Assembly: GCF_001997385.1 (NCBI RefSeq)
Contig: NZ_CP019633.1
Location: forward strand, 1,920,001-1,952,000
Source: Sedimentisphaera cyanobacteriorum
GTDB taxonomy: Bacteria > Planctomycetota > Phycisphaerae > Sedimentisphaerales > Sedimentisphaeraceae
Length of the DNA stretch: 32,000 nt
Direction of reading: 5' to 3'
Made by a program: the position numbers and the translations under genes. Of the stretch, positions 17,361 to 25,069 are shown one piece after another; the first letter of the stretch is position 1; each line of letters opens with the position of its first letter. The notes beneath the pieces are model-generated. The model saw only the letters and a list, made by a program, of their open reading frames with translations, did not search any database and was not told the DNA's origin.

Positions 17361-17933
17361 ATGATAGATTTATTCAATTTAGTCAAAGCATCTAAATCTC
17401 TGTGCAGCGATTTTTTATGGGTGCTAAAACACTCAAAAGAGCTGCAAAAATCATTAAAACTCAGAGTCCCGTTAAATTATTTCCGCCTTTATCACAGAAA
17501 TATCTGCCACACTTCCGTAGATTTAGCAAGACAAATGGCTCAAAATGATGAGAAAGCAGTCTTACGGTCTGCTCAGGACCTGCTGGATTCTTCCTGTAAT
17601 TTGATATCTCATATTCTGCACTGTCAGATTCCAAATCCTCCAATAAACGCTTGTGTTAAGTTTCTCAAACAAAATGAAGGCGGAGAATATATAGTCAGTA
17701 CTTGGATACGTTCTAAAAATTCTTACAACAGATCTTTTGAAAATGATGAATATTCTCTTAAACAGAGCAGTATATTTTGCGCCCTCTCAGGACAGGAAGA
17801 TGAAAATAATCATAATTGGGATACATTTCATTTCTTCCATTGCGGGAATTTGCATAACAGGAATTTCGCAACGCCTCGAACAGATGAATGGAAAAACAGT
17901 ATAAATCGACAATTGTGTTCCCAATATGCGTAG
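17361..17933 (+). CDS. hypothetical protein (ORFan), possibly the 5' part of a frameshifted gene
   Basis: 190-aa ORF in a strongly AT-rich segment, Cys/His/Asn-rich. It has no recognisable SD and no recognised family. It overlaps the next ORF by 46 nt. Confidence 0.45.
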   Translation: MIDLFNLVKASKSLCSDFLWVLKHSKELQKSLKLRVPLNYFRLYHRNICHTSVDLARQMAQNDEKAVLRSAQDLLDSSCNLISHILHCQIPNPPINACVKFLKQNEGGEYIVSTWIRSKNSYNRSFENDEYSLKQSSIFCALSGQEDENNHNWDTFHFFHCGNLHNRNFATPRTDEWKNSINRQLCSQYA

Positions 17934-18145
17934 ATTTCGAAAGGTACGCATTGAAAGGTTTTTTAGCATTTGACTCCATAAATGAAAACTTTTTTGGTGA
18001 AATCCCAGAAACTTTCGATTATACTAATAATGTAAACGAGTTTCACAAAAAGGCCGAACAATGCGCGATATACCATATCGGGAGCTCGTTAGCCAATCAT
18101 TTTGCAGTAGTTTTTGCAGGTATTGAGGCAGTAAAGGACAATTAA
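17888..18145 (+). CDS. hypothetical protein, possibly the 3' part of the same frameshifted gene (GAF-like strand signature)
   Basis: 85-aa ORF. It contains STIVFPICVDFERYALKGFLAFDS. A TGA lies immediately upstream in its frame. One extra A in the A5 run at 17892-17896 would join it to 17361..17933. Confidence 0.4.
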   Translation: MEKQYKSTIVFPICVDFERYALKGFLAFDSINENFFGEIPETFDYTNNVNEFHKKAEQCAIYHIGSSLANHFAVVFAGIEAVKDN

Positions 18146-18146
18146 A

Positions 18147-18326
18147 ATGTTTAGAAAAAAAGCAGAAGTTCCTATTAAGGACAATGAGGCCTTGAAAGTT
18201 GAGGCAGCAAAAAAACCTGTTTTAATAACAACCAGCGACAGCTTTATAAAAGAAGGCCAGAAATTTTCTAAAAAGATAAGTGAATCTTTCAGGAAAAAGC
18301 AGGTTTCTAACGATAAGGAAAATTAA
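18147..18326 (+). CDS. small Lys-rich hypothetical protein (59 aa, below the ORF-track cutoff)
   Basis: The ATG at 18147 lies 1 nt after the previous stop and is preceded by AAGGA (18134-18138). It translates to MFRKKAEVPIKDNEALKVEAAKKPVLITTSDSFIKEGQKFSKKISESFRKKQVSNDKEN*. Confidence 0.3.
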   Translation: MFRKKAEVPIKDNEALKVEAAKKPVLITTSDSFIKEGQKFSKKISESFRKKQVSNDKEN

Positions 18327-18420
18327 AATGTTTTAGAGAACTGTATTAGCAGCTCTTTGAAGCGGTAAGTTTAATTGCATCAGTTTTAATAAGGCATTTG
18401 ATATATCTTGTAACCTGAAT

Positions 18421-19749
18421 TCAGTCCTGCTGATTTTTCTTTAGAGTTCTGGTTCTCGTTTCCACTTCTGAAAGCTGCTCGATCTGTTTATCGTTTTGTA
18501 CCATCTGGTTTATTTTTCTCGCTTGAGGCATAAGTCGCGCTTCGAGCGAGGATACCGAGCTGTTGTAAGACTGTACCGTTTTATCGATATTTTCCCCTAT
18601 CTTTCCAAGGTGTTCTGAGAAAGTGCTCAGGCGTTTGCACAGCTCGAGTGCCTCATCGTGTATCTTCCTTGCCTGCTCTGCAACCTCCTGCTGCTTCCAT
18701 CCGTACGCCACTGCCTTGAGAAGCGCAATCAGCGTGGTGGGTGTGGCGAGGATAACCTGCTTTTTCACCCCTCGCTCAATCAGATCAGGTTTCTGCTCCA
18801 GAGCCGCGCTGAAGAACATCTCGCCGGGCAGGAAAAGCACCACAAATTCAGGGCTCTGTTCAAACTGCTTTCCGTATTCCTTGCCGCCGAGCTTGTCTAT
18901 TTGGTCTGCGATATGGCCTGCATGCCTCTGGAGCTGGGCGTTTTTCTCTGTTTCGTCCTGAGCCTCGAGCGAATCGAGATATGCCTCGAGCGGCGCCTTT
19001 GAGTCCACCACAATCTTCTTTCCGTTGGGCAGGTTCACAATCATATCCGGGCGGTCTCTGGTGGTCTCAGCAGTAACCTGCTCGGAGAAATCGCAAAACC
19101 GGCTCATCCCGGCCATCTCCACAACATTTCTGAGCTGCATCTCGCCCCATCTTCCCCTAACCGCCGGCCTGCGGAGAGCCGTAACGAGGTTGGCAGTTTC
19201 ACGCTTGATTTCCGCCTCAGACTGCTTCAATGCGTTTATTTTCTCGCCAAGAACCTTGAACGAGCTGTGCCTTGCCTTCTCGGATTCGGAAAGCGTTTTA
19301 TCCATATTCCCGAGCGATTCCTTTATCGGCTTTACGAGCTCATCAAATTTATTGCGATTCTTGTCCAGTTCGTTCTTTGCCTCTGCGTGGTGTTTTGTGA
19401 GGCTTTCTTTGGCGAGCCTGAGGAATTCCTCGCTGTTTTTGCTGAGTGCTTCGGACGAGAGCGATTTGAACGATTCTTCAAGCTGCTTTTTCATCTCCTT
19501 TAGCTGGTCAACCTCGCGTTTATGGGCAGCGGCTCTCTCTTCCAGCTGTGTCTGGAGGGATGTTTTCTCTGTTTTCAGCTGAAAATTCTCACTGCGAAGG
19601 CTCTCAAGCTCTTGTTCAAGGGAGGTTAGCTCTTCCTGCAGCTCTTTTCGATTGTGCTCAGCGGCCTTTCTTGATGAGAAGCAAATATAAACCGCAGCAG
19701 CCAATGCAGCTGAAAACGCAGCTGTAATGATGATCTCTATATATCCCAT
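18421..19749 (-). CDS. rmuC: DNA recombination protein RmuC
   Basis: 442 aa. It has an N-terminal TM helix, a long coiled coil, and an RmuC nuclease-like core (RPDMIVNLPNGKKIVVDSKAPLEAYL, FVVLFLPGEMFFSAALE). GAGG lies upstream of the ATG. Confidence 0.9.
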   Translation of the reverse strand: MGYIEIIITAAFSAALAAAVYICFSSRKAAEHNRKELQEELTSLEQELESLRSENFQLKTEKTSLQTQLEERAAAHKREVDQLKEMKKQLEESFKSLSSEALSKNSEEFLRLAKESLTKHHAEAKNELDKNRNKFDELVKPIKESLGNMDKTLSESEKARHSSFKVLGEKINALKQSEAEIKRETANLVTALRRPAVRGRWGEMQLRNVVEMAGMSRFCDFSEQVTAETTRDRPDMIVNLPNGKKIVVDSKAPLEAYLDSLEAQDETEKNAQLQRHAGHIADQIDKLGGKEYGKQFEQSPEFVVLFLPGEMFFSAALEQKPDLIERGVKKQVILATPTTLIALLKAVAYGWKQQEVAEQARKIHDEALELCKRLSTFSEHLGKIGENIDKTVQSYNSSVSSLEARLMPQARKINQMVQNDKQIEQLSEVETRTRTLKKNQQD

Positions 19750-19869
19750 TCATACCTCAAGAAATAATAACCAAAGGCAAATTGTATCAGAATTTCTTAA
19801 GGCGTAAAGCTCGCCGGCAGTGCTGCGGGAGCGTAAAGAGCTGAAATCATATACTGATGCGCAGATTTC

Positions 19870-20745
19870 TCAGCTTAAAGGCTTGTACCAGAGGTTCATT
19901 GATTCGATTCGTCCGGAGATGTTGGTGTTGTTGATGAGTGTTCCGCCGTATTTATAGCCTGCGCGTGCGAAGGTGAAGTTCATTCCGTGCGAAACGGCTC
20001 TTGCGATTGTGTAGGCGGTTTTGATGTCTTTTTTCGCCTCGCATTTTTCCATCTCCGCAAGCAGAATGCCGGCAAGTCCCATGCCTCTGCTCTCTGGGAG
20101 TGCGGCGAAGTCTGTCATCTCGGCATTTTTCGCGGGGATGTCTTTCTCCGCAGAGCTAAGTGCGATAATCTCGCCCTTTTCATTGCGGATGCAGTAATAG
20201 CTCACATTGTCCTGCATAGTTTCCAGCAGGTAATCGGGCTGGTGTATAGGGAAGGGGTAAGTCTCGAATACCTTGCGGTAAACCTCGGCCATCTGTTTGG
20301 AGTCCTCGCGGGAACATTCTTGCATAGAAAACCCTTCAGGGAGTTTTTTAACACCCTGCTTCAGTGATGCTGCCTTAGATACGATCTCGTTTATAACTGC
20401 AAGCTCGCCGCTGAGGGCTCTCTCGGGCTTGAGGAATCTGCTCATAAATACGCAGTGTTCTTTCCCGCTGTAGAACCCGGGGATCAGGCCTTCTGTTTTG
20501 AAGCCCAAACTTCGCAAATGTCTGCTTTTTGAAAGAGGGGCCTTGGCAAATATCTTGCCAAGACCTTCTTCTCTTGCAAATTTCTCTATGTTAATCAGGA
20601 AATCAGGGAAAACGGCGCTTCCGGTGTCCATTATATACACCCTGTCGCTGAAAGGGCCGTACTGCACCTTCGCGCCTTCGAAATCGATTACCCTGTCCTG
20701 ATTTGTGCTGTTTTCCTGATTACTGATAAGAATCTCTCCGCTCAT
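19870..20745 (-). CDS. ablB: beta-lysine N6-acetyltransferase (GNAT)
   Basis: GNAT acetyl-CoA motif ESRGMGLAG and C-terminal [29 protein letters not shown]. It lies directly downstream of lysine 2,3-aminomutase. The chosen start, ATG 20745 ([10 protein letters not shown]), overlaps ablA by 26 nt. ATG 20784 is an alternative. Confidence 0.8.
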   Translation of the reverse strand: MSGEILISNQENSTNQDRVIDFEGAKVQYGPFSDRVYIMDTGSAVFPDFLINIEKFAREEGLGKIFAKAPLSKSRHLRSLGFKTEGLIPGFYSGKEHCVFMSRFLKPERALSGELAVINEIVSKAASLKQGVKKLPEGFSMQECSREDSKQMAEVYRKVFETYPFPIHQPDYLLETMQDNVSYYCIRNEKGEIIALSSAEKDIPAKNAEMTDFAALPESRGMGLAGILLAEMEKCEAKKDIKTAYTIARAVSHGMNFTFARAGYKYGGTLINNTNISGRIESMNLWYKPLS

Positions 20746-22033
20746 GTCGAGAGTTGTTCTCCGGCACGAGTGAGATGGTCTCATCGTAATCGCCGAGCAG
20801 TTTGCTTATACCGAGGCTCTTATACTCATCGGCATCATCAAGCGAGAGCTGCAGATTACACTTCTCGCACTTTCTGTCGCAGAATGAAGGCTCGTATGAA
20901 TTCGGCTCGTTGTAGGTAGTGATAACGCCTTCATAATTCCTCAGCACCACCTTATTTGTTGACCATGATATAAGGTAGTTCGGCATCACCGGAATCTTTC
21001 CGCCTCCGCCCGGGGCATCTATAACATACGTTGGCACGCAGAATCCGCTGGTATGGCCGATAAGGCTTTCGATAATCTCGATTCCCTTGCCCACAGGCGT
21101 GCGGAAATGGCTCAGGCCTTCTGAGAGGTCGCACTGATACAGGTAATACGGACGAACTCTGTTGTATGCAAGCTTATGCACGAGAGCACGCATAATACGC
21201 GGGCAGTCGTTCACGCCTGCAAGCAGAACAGACTGATTCCCCAGCGGGAAGCCTGCGTCTGCCATAAGACGCAATGCCCTTCTGGACGAGGAGGTGATTT
21301 CCCTCGGGTGATTGAAGTGCGTATTGATCCATACAGGCTGATGCTTTTTGAGTATTTCAACAAGCTCAGGTGTAATCCTCTGAGGGAGTACTACCGGAGT
21401 TCTTGTGCCGATCCTGATTATCTCAACGCTGTCTATAGCCCGAAGCTCAGTGAGCAGCCAGTCTATCATTTTATCTGAGAGCAGGAACGGATCGCCTCCG
21501 CTGAGAAGCACGTCGCGAATCTGGGGGTGGTTCTTTATATATTCGATCCCCGCAAGAAGCTCCTTCTTGTTGGGTATGCTGTCTTTATCGCCCACTCTCC
21601 TCTTGCGCGTGCAGTGCCGGCAATACATCGAACACGTATTTGAAACCATGAAAAGAACCCTGTCCGGGTATCTGTGCGTTATGCACTCCATCGGGCTGTC
21701 GTTGTCTTCGTGGAGGGGGTCTTCCATATCGTATTCATCGATGTCCAGCTCCTTGCCGGAGGGGAAACCCTGCATAAAGATCGGGTCGTTCAATATATCA
21801 TCGGTGTTGATCAGAGAGAGGTAGTAAGGAGTGATAGACATCGGAAACTTCTTCACAGTTTTCTTGAACTGCTCGTGAACCTCCTCCGGAAGCTTTACTT
21901 CCAGAAGATTTTCAAAAGTTTTAAGGTCGTGTACACAATGTTTTATCTGCCATTTCCAGTCCTGCCACTTAGAAAGAGCGGCATCACTGTCTATATTATC
22001 GAAAATTTGTCTCTGATTCGTAGTAAGTTTCAA
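20720..22033 (-). CDS. ablA: lysine 2,3-aminomutase (radical SAM)
   Basis: 437 aa. It aligns by eye along its whole length with KamA: [12 protein letters not shown] (CxxxCxxC), [49 protein letters not shown]. The start is TTG, preceded by AAGGAA. Confidence 0.92.
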   Translation of the reverse strand: MKLTTNQRQIFDNIDSDAALSKWQDWKWQIKHCVHDLKTFENLLEVKLPEEVHEQFKKTVKKFPMSITPYYLSLINTDDILNDPIFMQGFPSGKELDIDEYDMEDPLHEDNDSPMECITHRYPDRVLFMVSNTCSMYCRHCTRKRRVGDKDSIPNKKELLAGIEYIKNHPQIRDVLLSGGDPFLLSDKMIDWLLTELRAIDSVEIIRIGTRTPVVLPQRITPELVEILKKHQPVWINTHFNHPREITSSSRRALRLMADAGFPLGNQSVLLAGVNDCPRIMRALVHKLAYNRVRPYYLYQCDLSEGLSHFRTPVGKGIEIIESLIGHTSGFCVPTYVIDAPGGGGKIPVMPNYLISWSTNKVVLRNYEGVITTYNEPNSYEPSFCDRKCEKCNLQLSLDDADEYKSLGISKLLGDYDETISLVPENNSRHERRDSYQ

Positions 22034-22060
22034 GAAGTTCCTTTCAGTTTAACCATAAAA

Positions 22061-22534
22061 TTATCCGGGAAGCAAATTAGGAGAGGCATCTATATCCTCA
22101 GCTTCCATAAGCAGCACCATCCTCTCCATGGAAAGGGCTATTGCTGCCTGTTCAAGCTCGGGGAGCTTCCTAAGCTGCTTTTCAACCGTTTCCTGAAGCA
22201 GAGGCGGGGCTTTTTTGATTATTTCTTTTCCTTGGTCAGTGAGCTCTAAGTAAACCTTCCTGCGGTCCTTTTTAGACCTCTGACGCCGAACCAATCCCTT
22301 TGCCTCCAGCCTGTCGGCAATTCCGTTTACAGTGCTTGCACCGAGATTGACATCTCTGGAGAGCTCAGACATCGTCTTTTCCGGGCTCCTTGCCAAGGAA
22401 TAAAGACACAACATCTGAGGGACTGTAACATTAAATTTTGAATTGATCCTGCGGGAATGAATATCAACCGCCCTGATGATTCTTCTAACAGAGCGAAGTA
22501 TTCTAACTTCGTAATCAGTCTCGCTGATTTCCAT
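22061..22534 (-). CDS. MarR-family transcriptional regulator
   Basis: Winged-helix core TVPQMLCLYSLARSPEKTMSELSRDVNLGASTVNGIADRLEAKGLVRRQRSKKDRRKVYLELTDQG. The preferred start, ATG 22534, lies 7 nt after AGGAAG; the ORF track uses GTG 22540. Its stop is 27 nt upstream of the ablA start. Confidence 0.85.
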   Translation of the reverse strand: MEISETDYEVRILRSVRRIIRAVDIHSRRINSKFNVTVPQMLCLYSLARSPEKTMSELSRDVNLGASTVNGIADRLEAKGLVRRQRSKKDRRKVYLELTDQGKEIIKKAPPLLQETVEKQLRKLPELEQAAIALSMERMVLLMEAEDIDASPNLLPG

Positions 22535-22548
22535 AATCACTTCCTAAC

Positions 22549-22562
22549 CAGAAAGGTTTCTG
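22549..22562. promoter_or_regulatory. candidate operator palindrome upstream of marR
   Basis: CAGAAA-GG-TTTCTG has 6-bp inverted arms and sits immediately 5' of the marR SD. TTTCTGC recurs at 22572-22578. There is no functional evidence. Confidence 0.25.
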
Positions 22563-23123
22563 CCAAAACTATTTCTGCACAAATTGTATCACATCTAAGC
22601 CCAATGTCAAGGCAAATATATACGGAAAAACAGAGCTAAAACCCAATAAAGCCGAAGCCTCTTTATAGATTTGCAGCGAGCAGGGCTTTTATAGGCGGGT
22701 TACGCAAATTTTCTATTTCGTTTTGCCATGAAGCCAGCGAAGGGTTTTGTTCAAAGACTGCACTGTTTGTTCAGATTTTTAAATGCAACTAAAGTCTTGT
22801 CATATAATTCTTTATAATAATCTTCGTTCCCTTGTGGTGCTTTGTTGTTCAAAATCAATCATATCGCAGACGCGGCTTTCTGTTGTCCTGAACAGCCATA
22901 GCTATAAAGATTCCTTCAATTAGAAGTCTTTTAATTTTGTCCCGTGAGGATTTTCTAAGCAGGAGATAAGATTGGATTATCATAAATTTCGGTGAAAATT
23001 GCAAAAATTCAGCAGCATCTCATATTAACAGGTGTCGTAAGGGCAGTAGAATCTGACCGGTTTTTATTAACGGCATTAAATTAAAAAGACTTATTTGCTT
23101 ACGTTTCATCTGAAGGATTTTAT

Positions 23124-25019
23124 ATGAGGCTGAATATTTATTCTGTAATTATTTGTTTTATAGGCTTTTCAGTTCAGGCAGGGCTTCTGAACCACTGGGA
23201 GTTTAACGAAGGCAGCGGCTTTACAGTTTCCGGCAGCGGGCGGGCTGAGAGCTCAGGAACTCTGATGCAGGGGAACAAAAAGGGAACACACGGTCCGAGC
23301 TGGCATAGTGATTCCGAGCGCGGCAGCGTTCTGGAATTTGACGGAGACGACTGGGTACTTACAGATTCCCGCGGCGTTCAGGGCGGTCGTGAGCGTACTG
23401 TAACGGTATGGTTTTATCTGCTCAGCAGCAAACATCGCCACACACTACTTCAGTACGGCGGTACTGGGCGAGGCGGGGAATACTTCCGCCTTCTTGTAGA
23501 GGATCAGCGTCTTCGCTTTGAAGTTGCTAACGGGAACGCCCTTGCCCTGAATTCAGGTGATATTTCGCTGAACTGCTGGCATCATGCAGCGCTTGTTGTA
23601 GATGATTTCAACGGCGACGGTGAAACCCGCACACCTGAAGTGAAGTTTTATTTTGACGGCCGCCAAAGAGCTCAAACTGCCGGTATAGATCAGCGTATTA
23701 ATACTCGGATTCAAGGCAAAGACGGGTATGTTCATCTCGGCGGCGCTGCTCAGGCAGGCGGTTCGGCACCGCGTGAGGCGATGGTCGGCTATCTGGGAGA
23801 AGTAAAGATATATGATACAGCGCTGTCGGAAGACGAAATAATAGAGGATATGGAGCAGAAAAGTGTTTGGGGGCCAAGGCCTGCAAACCGCCAGAATGTC
23901 CCAGTTTCGATAGGTTCTCTCTCGTGGCTGGCGGGGATACATTCAAAGCAGCAGGATGTTTATTTCGGAAACAATTATTATGATGTCTCAAGAGCAAGCC
24001 CGAGCGAGCCTCGGGGTGTATATTTGGAATCTGCCCGTCTTACAGGCTCTGGGCAAATCGGACGTTATAAGATAGATTTGCCTGATGAGGAAATAGATTT
24101 AATGCCTCTGAGAACGTATTACTGGCGTGTTGACCAGCGTAATTCAGACTTTTCTGACAGCCGGTGGAAGGGCAGGGTATGGAAATTCACGACCCAAAGA
24201 CTCAAAGCAGAGCCTGACCGTCTGAGAGCTCATGGCCATCTGCCGGAACTAACGCTAAACTGGAAGCCTCCTCGGGACATTACAGAGCCCCTTTATGAGG
24301 CTGTGATTGCTGAAGATTCGGATTTTCGAAAAATTGCCGAAAAGGCTGATGGTCTCAGCAAGCCTTTATGGAAGCCTGAAGGCGGGAAGCTTGCAATTGG
24401 AAGGCAGTACTATTTCAGAGTGAGGGCATACGATCCGGAAAAGCCTGAATTAGAGGGAGTGAGTGATGTTTTGCCTCTGCTTTATAATTCGCCGAGAAGG
24501 GTAGAATATTTTGATCAATACACGGAAAAATCCCAGCTTGAAAGTTTCTGGAAGGATGGAGCGGGCGAACCTTCCAACGGGGCATCGATAAACCTTAGCT
24601 TTGAGGCGGACGGGCAGTCTATGAGGCTTGAATATGACACTCAAATCGATTATTCTGAAGCTCAAAGAACATTCGCTAACGCCCAAGACTGGCTAAAATG
24701 CGAAGCTGAGGTTCTCGATTTTTATTTCCGCGGCGCGCCCGAGAATTCTCCAGCTTATGTTTATATTGAGCTCGAAGATTCGCAAGGAAACAAAGCGAAA
24801 ATCACATGCACAGAAAACGAAAAGCAGGTTATAGAGTCAAAATGGTCTCCTTGGACAAGAGTGAGGAAGCCTTTGAGCGAATTTGCTTCGAAAGGAGCGA
24901 ATCTATCTAATGTGAGCTCTGTTGTTATAGGTCTTGAGGCCGGGTCAGGACAAAGAGGCAGCGGAGCGATTTTTGTTGATTCGATAGGGCTTGATATTAA
25001 GCGCAGTTCAAAGGATTAA
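23124..25019 (+). CDS. secreted LamG-domain (concanavalin A-like lectin/glucanase) protein with a C-terminal carbohydrate-binding-like module
   Basis: 631 aa with a signal peptide. Laminin_G_3-type pattern: LEFDGDDWVLT, TVTVWFY, HHAALVVDD, KFYFDG, GYLGEVKIYDTALSEDEI. AAGGA lies upstream. Confidence 0.75.
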   Translation: MRLNIYSVIICFIGFSVQAGLLNHWEFNEGSGFTVSGSGRAESSGTLMQGNKKGTHGPSWHSDSERGSVLEFDGDDWVLTDSRGVQGGRERTVTVWFYLLSSKHRHTLLQYGGTGRGGEYFRLLVEDQRLRFEVANGNALALNSGDISLNCWHHAALVVDDFNGDGETRTPEVKFYFDGRQRAQTAGIDQRINTRIQGKDGYVHLGGAAQAGGSAPREAMVGYLGEVKIYDTALSEDEIIEDMEQKSVWGPRPANRQNVPVSIGSLSWLAGIHSKQQDVYFGNNYYDVSRASPSEPRGVYLESARLTGSGQIGRYKIDLPDEEIDLMPLRTYYWRVDQRNSDFSDSRWKGRVWKFTTQRLKAEPDRLRAHGHLPELTLNWKPPRDITEPLYEAVIAEDSDFRKIAEKADGLSKPLWKPEGGKLAIGRQYYFRVRAYDPEKPELEGVSDVLPLLYNSPRRVEYFDQYTEKSQLESFWKDGAGEPSNGASINLSFEADGQSMRLEYDTQIDYSEAQRTFANAQDWLKCEAEVLDFYFRGAPENSPAYVYIELEDSQGNKAKITCTENEKQVIESKWSPWTRVRKPLSEFASKGANLSNVSSVVIGLEAGSGQRGSGAIFVDSIGLDIKRSSKD

Positions 25020-25069
25020 CCTTTGGGTAAGATTTATTACATATAAAATGTTAATATACAGGATGCATT

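Noticed and set aside
19025-19582. A 185-aa plus-strand ORF antisense to rmuC.
   Set aside because: It is a Ser/Leu/Phe-rich mirror image of the Glu/Lys-rich coiled-coil coding region, with no start context or motifs.
21674-22249. A 191-aa plus-strand ORF spanning the ablA 5' end and the marR 3' end.
   Set aside because: It is antisense to two well-supported genes and crosses their intergenic gap. No family resemblance was seen.
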